A stretch of DNA of 62,546 nt, filler included, from Choristocarpus tenellus KU-1152 (lineage: Eukaryota; Protista; Phaeophyceae), in the NCBI GenBank assembly GCA_964200185.2. It is 11 parts of 11 records of this genome, joined end to end, with 100 filler letters (N's around TTAATTAATTAA, not from the genome) between each part and the next. Parts side by side here need not be neighbours in the genome. Positions count along the whole stretch, not along the records: positions 51,500 to 54,208 come from CAXNAD020025431.1; positions 54,309 to 59,118 come from CAXNAD020012975.1; positions 59,219 to 62,546 come from CAXNAD020020774.1; 8 more parts are not named here. One strand, given 5' to 3'. The notes beneath the pieces were generated by a model. The model had not been told where the DNA came from, searched no databases, and was given only the letters and a program-made list of their open reading frames with translations. A program made the position numbers and the translations under genes. Position 1 is the stretch's first letter. The number at the start of each line of letters is the position of its first letter. This document shows positions 51,500-62,546 of this stretch, in pieces.

Positions 51500-52446
51500 C
51501 TCAAGGGTTGTTTAAGCTAAGGAGGGTGTTCGATTAGACTCTTCCAACTCTATCGGACAGTTACGGTAAAATATTTGTTCGCAATCACTCTCAACTGAAA
51601 CGTTTTGATGTGCATCCTGTCCCACCTGGTGCAATAAATCTACGTGCAGCAAATGGTTCACCTTTGCATATATTCGTGGATTTATTCGTTTTGCACTTAC
51701 ACTTGGTGACACCACATTGCCAATTGAAGCTTTAGTGATTCCCCAACTTGGTCCCGATAAAATTCTGCTTGATAATAGAGTTATGCAGGCATTCGGTGCA
51801 ATCCTTGATCGGCAAGAACAACGTCTTTCATTTCACAACAGTTCGTGTACCATTCCAGCAAGACATCACATGACAAGGAGCCCCACTCAAGTACGTGATA
51901 CAATTACCACTCCGTGTTCTGTGGGGAGTGTGCAACATGAATTTGAACCTATACCTGTTCGTGTACATAAACAGTATACCATACCAGCTGGTCATAAAAT
52001 CATCGTACGTTGCACAACTGATCCTAGTCCGTCATTGGATACTGCTGTGGTAGTGGAGCCAGTCATACACTCCATGCCTGCTGTAGAACAAACCACTGAA
52101 CCTGCACATCCATGGAATCGTGTCGTAGCTGCTAGCACTCTCAGTATTTGGTCAGCAAGTAATAGATCAGTGTTGGTTCAAATGGAAAATCCAAAAACAT
52201 GGAAAGTATGTATCAGGAAGCATCTTGTGATAGGTCACTTAACCCTTATTTCAGATCAGGTACCACTTACTGTTAGTGCTCTAAATACTGATTCTGCTCC
52301 ATTCAGTAAAGCTAGAGAGGAATTACATCAAGCCTTCACCAAGTCAAATTCATTCAAAGATACCACGTTCAATCAGTCACAAGTGTCTCAGCTTTTAGAC
52401 CTCTGTGCTCGTTATAGATCGATATTTTCGTTGAATGCAGCAGAAC
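51500..52446 (+). mobile_element. Gypsy pol fragment (retropepsin C-terminal half and linker before RT), frameshifted
   Basis: LRAANGSPLHI / RGFIRFALTLGDTTLPIEALVIPQLGPDKILLDN..FGAILD, then QLLDLCARYRSIFSLNAAELG, which is typical of the pre-RT region. Confidence 0.75.
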
Positions 52447-52465
52447 TAGGGTTAGGGTTAGGGTT
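52447..52465. repeat. Interstitial telomeric repeat (TTAGGG) x3 at a TE breakpoint
   Basis: TAGGGTTAGGGTTAGGGTT. Confidence 0.8.
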
Positions 52466-54208
52466 TTCATTGCTGTTCCCAAGTGGACAGTAGTCAAATC
52501 CACCTGGGCACCCCTAGGGATGCGGACCATAATGGCCAGGTGTTGACTCACTGTCCTCACGAACACGAACACGACTTCCACGACCCCTGCCTCTACGACG
52601 CAAGTGTGGCAAACGAGCACCCCGCGGGTTGTCCAGGCATGACTGGGTTGTGTGACCCTCACGAATCGCTGCCTCGCAACCTGGGTACTTGCACACACTA
52701 TTTTGCTGATCCATGGTATACGTCGAGTTGGACGGTGAGACCGAATAGGGCGACGTGTCTTATGGTCGCATTGGTCTGTCAGTGTGCCCGGCTGTGGGAG
52801 GCAGACCCGTCGACAACCGAGCTGGGGCCCTGTTGAGGGTTGCCTCCCCTGCTTGGTGACGTTCCACCTCCATACGGAGCCGTTGGCACTCTCGTTGTGA
52901 TTGCTCGAGTTCGCTACGAGGAACCTGTCCACGACGAGAGTTGTGGGTTAAAGCACTCGTGGAAGTTATGGGGTTGGGGTTATGGTCAGACAAATGGTTA
53001 GCTTCATGCCGTTTGGCACGGTGACGAGCTTGTGCAAACGAGGTGGCAGGTTCGTCCCGAATCTGTTCAAGATGAATCGTGGGGAGTAAGCCATCCTCCA
53101 TCAGCGTTATCTTCAGTTGCTCGACAAGGAAAGCTTTCGTATCAACTGCATCTGAGGACGACGTTGTGCGATGAACATCATCCAAAAAAAGACTCATTGC
53201 TATGGTGCAACGTAAAGTATATTGATCAACAGACTCGTTCTCCCCCTGTTTCAAAGATGTTAGTCGACGAGCTGATACACTTACAGCATGGGTGGGAGTG
53301 AATGCAGTGATCAGGGCTTTCTGGACATCATCCCAAGTCTTTGGGGGTGTAATGAGGACGGGAGTGTCAAGAGACGATTGCAAACGAGCCAGATCACTGG
53401 TTGAACGCCACTCTACTGTGCCCGCCAACGCCTGAAAGTAAACAATTTCAGCTGGACTTTGAAGAATTTTCGGTAAGAATTCTACACATCGAGCGTTGAT
53501 TGTCTCAGGGGATGCGGAACCATACTGCATAGAGTGCAAGGAAATTGCTACGTGCCATTTGGAAAACAAGAGTGGCAGATTTTCTTCTCCCGAACCTGTA
53601 ATGACAAGACCAGATGGTATTTTTGAAGCGGAAAACCTGAAACGACTCGCTTCTGACATTGATGGCTGACGTGCGACGTCACCACTCTGTGGGAGGGGTC
53701 TTACATGATCGGAATCCATTCCCCGAGCTTGTAGCTTCATCAAGTCCTGAAGCCATCCGGGAGGCACCGCGTTCGTTCTGGCGCACTCGTTAACGTGGTG
53801 CGCGATGAACGATGGTACAGCATCCCCGAACTGTGCCTGTGAAATGGCCACCTCACAAGTAGTCGAACTTGGGGGTGGGACTGTTTCTCCCTGGAATAGG
53901 ACAAAAACGAGTGTCGCGGTCGCCCGAGCTAACACGATGCTTTAGGGTCGACGACACGGGTCTGATATTCGCCTGCCAATCTGCAAGAGGGGAAGGGGGG
54001 GATCCACGTCTTCGTTCGGCATCTGTTGTCCGCGGTCAAACAGAAATGCCCTGTTACCCTATTTCTGAGGACACCGGTGTCACCAATGTGAATCGTGTGA
54101 TTCTATGGCGGTGTGGTTCACTCAGGCAAGGAAGGGTGGCGAAGAGAATCACCGGGCAAGACGGACCACACGAACAAGGGCGAACCGTGACCGAGGGTAC
54201 GAGGTTAA
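52466..54208 (-). mobile_element. Gypsy LTR retrotransposon 5' part: LTR, PBS and gag with one nonsense codon
   Basis: LTR end at 54087, followed on the minus strand by PBS-like TGGTGACACCGGTG (54085-54072). Gag contains LTSLKQGENESVDQYTLR. After an in-frame TAA (52760-52762) the same frame continues into a C-x4-C-x7-H-x4-C knuckle (CKYPGCEAAIREGHTTQSC). Confidence 0.85.
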
Positions 54209-54308
54209 NNNNNNNNNNNNNNNNNNNNNNNNNNNNNNNNNNNNNNNNNNNNTTAATTAATTAANNNNNNNNNNNNNNNNNNNNNNNNNNNNNNNNNNNN
54301 NNNNNNNN
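54209..54308. other. Artificial contig spacer
   Basis: Same 100-nt linker. Confidence 0.98.
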
Positions 54309-54514
54309 GGTCAAAGTATCTGGGGGGGGGGGTGGCGGCTGTCCATTTGGGGCCAATTTTTTCATGTCGCGATTTTTGTGTGATTTGGTTGCATACATCG
54401 GATGGATAATTGAAAGTGCACTTTTCCTGGTTTTGTCCAAATGGACACTCTGATGTAGCGCCCCGACACACCCCCACCCCCCCCCCCCCCCCCCCCCCCC
54501 AGATACTTTGGGTC
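54309..54514. mobile_element. MITE family A, near-full copy at contig start
   Basis: GGTCAAAGTATCTG(n)...C(n)AGATACTTTGGGTC. Confidence 0.85.
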
Positions 54515-55152
54515 TCACAGCACACTACAAGTACAAGGAAGAAAACGGAGAGGTTGTTTGGATGAGGTCCTGATGATGGAATCTTGCTTGTCAAACAGTG
54601 TTCTGCGTTTTGCACTATTGACACTTTGCGTGATAGGTAAGGGTACCATTGGTATTGTACTTTTATCAAGTACTTAAAACAAGAGGTAGGAAGAAGTATT
54701 ACAGGACAAAGAGTCATTTTTCTGTACAATATAGAGAGTTGTTGAAAGTCCACAGTCAAAAGGAATAATTAATTGCCACTGATTGTGACAATGTAGTTAC
54801 GTAGAGATTGTCCTCATGGACAAGAGCAGCTCACGTCGTTCTGAGAAGTGGATAATATTATACCCTAAGCCAACCTTCTCCAGAGTGCTGGTATCATCAT
54901 CGTTACTTCAACTTTGCTCAAGCTCATGATACAAGCTCAGGGTTGACAGCTTTGTTTGGGTATGTATCAGAAGCTCAAGATTAGAGGACTTGACACAAGA
55001 ATAAACTCAATTCAATAACGAATTACCTCAAATCTAAACAAAGATTTGCCAATGCCGTCCAGTGCGATGGTACACCTATGTGCATGGGACCGCTGTCAAA
55101 GACTACTGAGCACTACACTGATAGCTCTGTTGTCACAACTGATTCGCCTAGT

Positions 55153-56597
55153 CTATCCCCCCACTACTGCTGCCTGTCCCCAAAGTCCCCAAGTCAAATC
55201 CCCCTTCACCACTGTCCCTCCACTTCCCAACATAATATCAGCACCACCGATATTCTGACCCAGCCTCACTGCCACCAATTGCTGATACTGTTTCTGACAG
55301 AACTCCGCCTCAACAGTATCACCACTCTTCTGAAAAGTCCTCCAAGCTTGCTTAGCAGTCTTAAGCATTCTATCATGATTATGCCTATCTTCCCTAGCAG
55401 TAGTCTTTCCTGCAATTATATCTACATGTCTCCTCATGTCTCTAGCTGCACCATCCAATGTGGATACAAGGGCACCAATAATGTGGTCATCTATCCTTCT
55501 TTTTTCCCTTGACTCCGCTTCCAACTTCAAATCCTCCTCAGCAGCCCTCTGTAACTGCTGTCGGCTCCTCGACCCTGGGTTTGCTGCTAGCCTGGACCCC
55601 CTCATTGCCTCCACACCCTCCATTGAAGAGGACTCCACCGACCCCCCATCCTTCCTTAAGTCACATGAGGACGTGGACTCTTCTTATGGGGGTCCCTCTT
55701 TCACACTCATGTCAAAGTCTTGGAGCACATCATTGGATGGGGGCCCATATACTGCAAAGAGGAGAAGATATAGAGAGACCCAACCATATGGCATTTTTCT
55801 TGGAGGGGGTGGAATAGGGAAAACCTAGGGCAAAGGTCTCCCCCCTGATCCAGGAGAGGTTAGTTCCTGGCTGGGCCTTTCTGGGGTAGCGCTGGCAGGA
55901 CTGGAGGTGGGACCTCCTGACTCAGACTCCGCCACTTTAGCCTCAGTCGCCTCTGGAGATTCGCCTTCGTCCTCCCCCCACCCCCCAACAAGGTCGATGG
56001 TACTCCCAGCAATCCTCAATTTCTCCTGTTCCTCCCACAAGCGGTCGCACAGCTTCTGCAGGCAGTCCGTCTCCTGCTACCCAGACGTCAACTTTCCTCT
56101 GGGAACAAGACTAGGAAGCACGAAAAGTGTATGTGTGTGTATGTTAAGATGCTCCCCATTGAGCATTGTGATTATGGATTTCAAGTGTGTAACCTACGAA
56201 AAGTGAAGTGCAATACAGCAGAACCTCATGCAACATCTACCGTCTTACTCACATCAGGCAGAGGGAGATGTACACGTTGGTGACAATATTCTGCGCCTTA
56301 GTCCACCTGGACCATATTGAACTGTTTGAAGATAGGATTGTCTTCCGAATAGTCTTCTTCCCAGTTCCCAATGTTGTCTGCACCAACACTTCCTTCGTAA
56401 GAGTCGAGGGGGTCAAGTCTGGTGCTTCATCTCCTAACCACTTCAAGAATCCGGGGACCGCCACATCCATGTATGCTTGCGTTGTCAAGGCATGTCTCGC
56501 ATTCCGTAAAACTATGCTTCCGCATTCCTTCGCGGACCTCGCCGCATAGGCGATGCCGCATAGGTGATGGGAACGGCTTCAAATGACCGGCAGCCAT
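55153..56597 (-). pseudogene. Intron-containing pseudogene resembling the Myb/SANT-like accessory ORF of PIF/Harbinger transposons
   Basis: SSIWSRWTKAQNIVTNVY...GKLTSG*QETDCLQKLCDRLW pattern with a GT-AG intron (56252-56099), an in-frame TAG at 56077-56079 and further stops. Family assignment is from motif memory only. Confidence 0.45.
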
Positions 56598-57879
56598 CTT
56601 TGAACCACGCGTGTTCTTTAGTCTCCTGAGTACCCATCACACTACAGCATTCAACTCGAAATCTATGCCCGCAACCGCATCATAAAAAACCATGATTTAG
56701 CGTTCCAAGAATCTTGTATCGGTATTGGCTCTCCAGCGTTAGACGTTACAATGAAGTGGTGTGATGGTGATACTGAAAGGTCTTGTAGAATACGCTGCGT
56801 CGGCATAATGAAAATGGAATCTATAGTACAACTCGCACAAACCATGGTTCTCCAGTTCTCTTTTTCCCGTTAAGATTTTCAGCGAAAAGAAAACCAAACG
56901 GCAAAAAACCCCGTGCGTATAGGATTTGCCCTCAAAGGGTTATAAATTAAAACTATTCCTTACGAATTTGCAGCCTCATAATGACTAAATGATAAATGTT
57001 GAGTTGGTACTATATACAAAATCTAGGACTTCAAGGTCATAATGGTGATTATGAAACCATCATTAAGATATACCACCGCCTGTAACACTATTACACCATT
57101 CTCCACCATTCTCCACCACTCCACACCACACCACACCACTCAACACCACTTCACAACACTCTGCATTCATCCAAGAACCACCTCCATCATCTACTTCAAT
57201 ACTGTGTCTTTGAACTAGAAGACATCTACCCCACTCAAACTTGACCTCCCCCCCTGCCTAGCATCCCACTCGATCGTCCATGAAGAGAGTGGATGGGTGG
57301 GTGGGAAAGATTGCTCGGGGGTTGGTGTGGTCTTGCCGGTCCATGCCCTGCTTCTCCACTCTTGACTTTACCTTTCGCTTGACATGGCTCCATCTACCCC
57401 TCATTTCTTTTAACATTAACTTCTTGCATACTTCTTCTTCCCACCCATACACTCCTCAACTTTTTGTCTACTCTCCATTCTTATCTTCTAAGGTGGTACC
57501 AGTAGCTTTGCCCTCTGTTGGCAATCTTGACCTTTTTCACCATAACCACACAAAAGATAAACAATAATATATATCAAATGAAAGGGTATGGTAAAAGCTT
57601 TTGAAGGTTTGTATCCACGAATGTCCTGGCTTCAGGGAACAGGACCTATGTCCTGATCAAATAATGGCAAAAACACGGGGGAACACCTCCGCTGCAATTT
57701 GAGGGTCACGACTTCAAAACGGACAAAAATGAAGTGGTTGGCTGAACTCCTTGCAGAAAACTGGTCGGGGTAGGGTAGGTCACTGCCTAAGTTTGGGCGG
57801 TATGTGGATACCGAAAAAAATCAAGATTTCTGGACATCTTTTTAATACCTTTTGCAGACTTTTTGTGAGCACACACACA

Positions 57880-58768
57880 CGTGATTTACACAGCAACAAG
57901 AACCACAACGGTGAGACAAGGAGAGCCGCCGAGGAATTTCCCCCCCGGATCTACCCTCAGTACCTTATCTGTCGAGAGGCAACGGAAAAGCAAGTACCGT
58001 GTGACACTCAGTGCGATGTTAGGTGACGAGAAAGTGCGAGTAGTGTGGTGCAGCAGTATGATCAAATCTCGAAATGGATCGCGCGATCGCGACACTGACA
58101 CTGAGAGAAGGTGCATTGAAAGCATTACCATACAAATGCGGTTGGTTCTTCAACCACGCCGAGAATTGCTCTGCTATCTCTGCTACCTCGGCAAAACAGG
58201 AAGAGAGCGGCGAGTCCATCATCACGAGGTATAGTGACGAAGTCTGTGGGGAAGCCGGGTCGCGGTGGACGAAGGGAGACCAGAGTGACTGGACGAAGGG
58301 AAGGTTGGGGAGGAGAGCAGTGTATCTGCGTGGAATTGCGCTCAGGAAACGCGCCTAAGCAAAAACCCGGGTGTAATATATCTTAGTAGTCAACAGTTGC
58401 AGCAGGCCCTAGCTGTTTGGAAGCTATGTGAGCCAGAGTGGCGTAGGAAACGAGAAAGAAGATGCTAGGGTTGGACTACAAGGGCTCTGAAACCCGAAAG
58501 AAGGTAACCCATTTCTGGCTCTCAACGAGGAAATGTGATAGCAAAGGCTCTGACACTGTGGATCCTGTACCTGTGTACAAACAAGGGGAAAGATTGTCAA
58601 ACGGCACTCGATATAGCAGCAGGATATGCGATGGTCAGGTTGGAAACTGTGACTAAATGGGAGAGAGACTTCCTAACTAAGGGCCACATCAAGGTGTCGG
58701 AGCCGAGGTCAAAGAGTGGGTGCGCGAACATACAGGAAGAAAAGGTGGGGAGGCTTTTTCCCTTCTAA
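57880..58768 (+). pseudogene. Decayed N-terminal/HTH-like region of a probable DNA transposase
   Basis: Broken CpG-rich frames ending IAAGYAMVRLETVTKWERDFLTKGHIKVSEPRSK, reminiscent of the HTH-linker in IS630/Tc1-like transposases. No DDE domain seen. Confidence 0.35.
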
Positions 58769-59118
58769 ACCCTATACAGTACCTACACTGATTTTATACC
58801 AATTATTATGTACTAAACCCATTTTTGTACCGCTTTTTTCGACATACAAAAAAAATAGGCTTTTGTACCGGAATTCTCGTATTCGGGCAACTTGGTACAA
58901 CATCGGGGAGATATTCACGCGAGTTTGGCGCGCGCGTAAAAATTTCTCGCGAAAAGTGCCTTTCTTCCTGAGTCATGACCACACAGCAGTACAGTACGTT
59001 GCTGGTGTGGGAATAAAGTGGAAGCCATTCTTTGTGCCGCGGGAAACCTCTGCAAGATGCCTTCAAATACACCAAGTCCACCTTTCTACACTATCCGCAA
59101 GTGCCGTAAGTGCGGTGG

Positions 59119-59218
59119 NNNNNNNNNNNNNNNNNNNNNNNNNNNNNNNNNNNNNNNNNNNNTTAATTAATTAANNNNNNNNNNNNNNNNNNNNNNNNNN
59201 NNNNNNNNNNNNNNNNNN
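59119..59218. other. Artificial contig spacer
   Basis: Same 100-nt linker. Confidence 0.98.
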
Positions 59219-59304
59219 AAATGTCAGCAAAAAAAAAGTTGTTTGACCGAAACGGACGCTCCCTCACAAACCACCCACCCCCCCCACCCCAGATACTTTG
59301 ATCC
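59219..59304. mobile_element. MITE subfamily A2, right half
   Basis: Matches 26114-26188. Confidence 0.7.
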
Positions 59305-59408
59305 TAGTCAAACGTTGCTGTCTGTGTACGTCTTTTGGAATGGCGTGGGAACGTTTTGTTATGCACTATGCCTTCATGATATGTATGGTGATGGATTCGA
59401 ATCTTTTT

Positions 59409-59671
59409 GAGTCAAACCAACGGAGACGTAGGCAGTGTTGCATTTTGAGTACATTTTGAGGATCCCGAGAAAGGGCAATAAGATACCATTTTGTACAATT
59501 GCAAATGAACCCTTTGCTGAAGTGTGATGTCCCTTCTTTGTGTGTGGAAAGGGGAAATATCAATTTTGAGTCACTATTGTTGTGCAAATAAAGCGACGAG
59601 ATAGAGTGTAACACACAGGGTAAGAAGGGAGATTACTTAGAAAGCAGAAGGCTCTCAATTATCTTTGGGTC
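59409..59671. mobile_element. MITE family D
   Basis: GAGTCAAACCAA...TTATCTTTGGGTC; homologous to the contig-5 copies. Confidence 0.6.
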
Positions 59672-60181
59672 CTTGTACTTTTTTCCCCCTCAACTCAGAA
59701 CCATTATATCTAACTTGATAATAGAAATCGGATAATTATCACATACACATCTGAATTGTTGGTATTGCAGTATTATTGTCATAATAATACTTAGTGTCAT
59801 GCTTGCTGGAATGTTTTGCCTCCCTTGCATTGCCGTACCACCGACTACATACTAGTTCTACTAACGAAATATTGCCGTAGGTTGGAAAACTATTTTCAGT
59901 AGACTAAATGTATACTATATATATTTTGATCTAAGTTCGTGATGTATGCATGTATGTACATGTATGAATGTATACTTGGAGTTATCTACAACGAACGGTA
60001 GTAGTGCCGTATATACATTCCTCGTCACCTGAGAAGAACACCAACACAACATTTACACCTAACTCCTCTTCTTGGTTATAGCCAGGATTAGGTGTCATAA
60101 AGCAAGGAGGGATACAAAAGCAAAAGGTTTTTCTAATCCCTCCTCTATCTCATTCATACTATTTTTTTCTCCTCGCAATTG

Positions 60182-60587
60182 TATGAATCGTGTGATTCTG
60201 TGGCAACGTGGTTCACTCAGGTAAGTAAGGGTGGCGAAAAGAATCACCGGGCAAGACGGACCAGAAACCGAGACGAACCGTAACCGAGAGGACGAGTTTA
60301 AGGTTGGACAAGTGCAAGACTGCAAAGACTACTTGTAGGAGAAGCTGTAGAGTGATGAGAATATTACGAGAGAGAGGGGGATCATCACGAAGGTCAAGAC
60401 GCGACAACAAAGAGAATCTTTGATGTGTAACAACTAACTCTGGTGATGAAAGAGATGTCCACACCTCAAATATTCGTAAGACCCTCCACAGGAATTGCAG
60501 ATTCCTGACAAGGAAAACCGCAATCGGTATAACGGTATATGGCATACGGCCATAACGGTATAACAACAGATAAACATGCTTTCCACA
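60182..60587 (-). mobile_element. Gypsy-family solo LTR with 4-bp TSD
   Basis: ATTG on both sides. Ends TATGAATCG...TTCCACA. Homologous to 54087-54208 and 8388-8785. Confidence 0.8.
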
Positions 60588-61130
60588 ATTGCGGTGGTTT
60601 TAATATTTATGAAATGGAACGATGGTTTTTTATGTAAGAATGAATGGATGAACTAAATCTAATGGTCCGTCCCTAAACAGAAAAGCGAAAGAAACAAATT
60701 TTGTCAAAATATGGAGAGTAATGTTTAATAAGCCCTTTCTCCCTGTTCCACTCTCCCCACCTCCCCTCTTTTGAGCACATGCCCAGGTATCCTTTCTCTG
60801 CCTCTAAGTAGTCGACCCACACCATGTGAAAATTGTTGCCCTTGCCATCGAGGCGTTGGCATGACAAAACTACTAATGATGAGTACTCCCCTATTATGTT
60901 CTTTCCTAAACATCCTTCGCTTTCTTCGTGTCAGTTCCATCACTTCGCACAGACTTCTCCTTCCACACAAAATCCGGACCGAGATTCTTGTTTTCCCATA
61001 CTGTTCATAACTCATCCACACCTGTTCTTTAAGGTTATCGTGGACTATTTTGTGTTGTCTGGGCTTTGAGTTGGGGAACTCCCCACGATTAAAAGTACTC
61101 CCTCATATTCCATGATGGCATACATACATA

Positions 61131-62480
61131 CTCCCTCTGTGTATCACAAGTCTGCGACGTTAAGGGTGTAAGTTCTTGACATGACCTCTGATGGGAAAAC
61201 GGTTTTTGCGTTGGATTTCTTGATGATTTTTACGTGAAATTTATTCTTCGCCGCTTTCCTCGTGCCCATTAATCCACCAATCCACCGCCAGGTCGAAAGC
61301 CCCTCTGTCATTCTGACCAATTTTGGCAGACTTCCTTCATGCTGCCTTTTCTAAGTTCCAGCTATATCATGAAATCGTTAAACCCTAGCGCCTTCAAAAC
61401 TTGATTTTACCACTTAAATAGGCTCTGCCACACTCTCTAAAAAGTAGCTGCGTCGTACGCGCCGTACATGCTCTTTACCTCCTTCACAAGGTCATCTATC
61501 GTACCTTAAAGCTCCCTCCAAACTCTACATTATAGGGATGCAAAAAACCCAAATCGTTGATATTGAGAACAAGTGGCTGCACAGGCTGTATTACGAGGTT
61601 GGCGTTCCACCTACCCTCCCTCCCGGCTTCGCTATGCTTCTGCGGTGTATCTTTTCGCGTATGGGGGGTCACTTCATCCTGCTGTGCGACCACCTCCTCA
61701 TCCTCCAACCATGGCATTTGTTCCTTCAACGCAGGGAGAAAAGTCTCCACGTACCACTCCCGGTACTACTCGGCGTCGATGTAAACGTCGAAGTCGTACT
61801 GCTGTCCCCTTTCTCGGCTGGACGAATATCTCTGGGCGTGCTTGATGACGCAAACACGTGAGATTCCGATCTTGTTGTCGAAATCGCGGGAAGGATCTGG
61901 GCGTGAAACAGCGCAGATGAACATCACCTGAGGAATATAATTCTTGTGATGTACCTTGGTGGAGCCCACCCTTCCTCCTTGGCGCACCCTTTCGGAAGCC
62001 GTTTCGTACAGGGAGGTAGCGCTAATGCGTAGCGTACGGCCAGAGCGTTTCAACCTTCCCTGCTTGGACAGTAATTTTCACCCTGCCGATGGAGGCGAAA
62101 AACGGCGGAATCGCCAAAGTGACAATATTCGCTACGAGACTCACATCGCAATTGGTCCGCAGACTGAGCGAGAGCCGTACAGCTCTTAGCGAGGTGCTGA
62201 GATGTTGTATGATGATGGGGGGGCGTTGTACCCACTGTTGGGGGCAGCGTAGTCACTGAAAATGGGACCGAAAAGGACCGCTTTTCCGTTTCCACTTCTC
62301 AGAACAGATTCAGACTATTTCGGAACAAATTAAGAAAACCAAAAACCACCTCCAAACAATTATATCCACAGCTTAAACTTCACCCATACATCACTGGGAA
62401 AGTCTTCGTATTCGTGAAGAAACAGCCAAAACAAAAAGTGATAAATCCTGACGTGACAGACTTATTATGGGACAGAGAAC
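61131..62480 (-). mobile_element. Deleted and decayed plant-type (DD39D) mariner element with Stowaway-like TIRs
   Basis: Transposase remnants QVMFICAVSRPD..FDNKIGI, QQDEVTPH and QPVQPLVLNINDLGF, with stops. Left end TA|CTCCCTCTGT; 61135-61160 matches the reverse complement of 62451-62477. Confidence 0.8.
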
Positions 62481-62546
62481 AGGGGATCCTCAAAATTGAG
62501 GAAGGCGCGGGACTATGAGGATGGTTGTTTTGCGAAAACGGTCTTT

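Overview
This is eukaryotic genomic DNA, not one continuous locus. Ten identical 100-nt artificial spacers (44 N + TTAATTAATTAA + 44 N) join 11 short contigs, so adjacency across spacers means nothing. The intron-rich genes, TTAGGG repeats and transposon families suggest a stramenopile, probably a brown alga (inference). Reading splice sites by hand gives five gene models: a complete 9-exon gene for a ~1,040-aa disordered/coiled-coil protein; a Tas-like aldo-keto reductase; a GT-A-fold (DxD) glycosyltransferase-like gene; the S1-S5 part of a CNBD-superfamily cation channel; and one Sel1-repeat exon. The rest is mostly transposon debris: a clan of related MITEs with 3-4 bp target duplications, Gypsy and Copia remnants, solo LTRs, a DD39D-type mariner and a Harbinger-like Myb pseudogene. 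I cannot demonstrate a complete new multi-gene system. The strongest leads are short telomeric-repeat tracts at a TE breakpoint and at branch-point positions, the MITE clan, gene-body CpG depletion, and an AKR whose catalytic His appears replaced. All family calls come from motif recognition by eye, not database searches.
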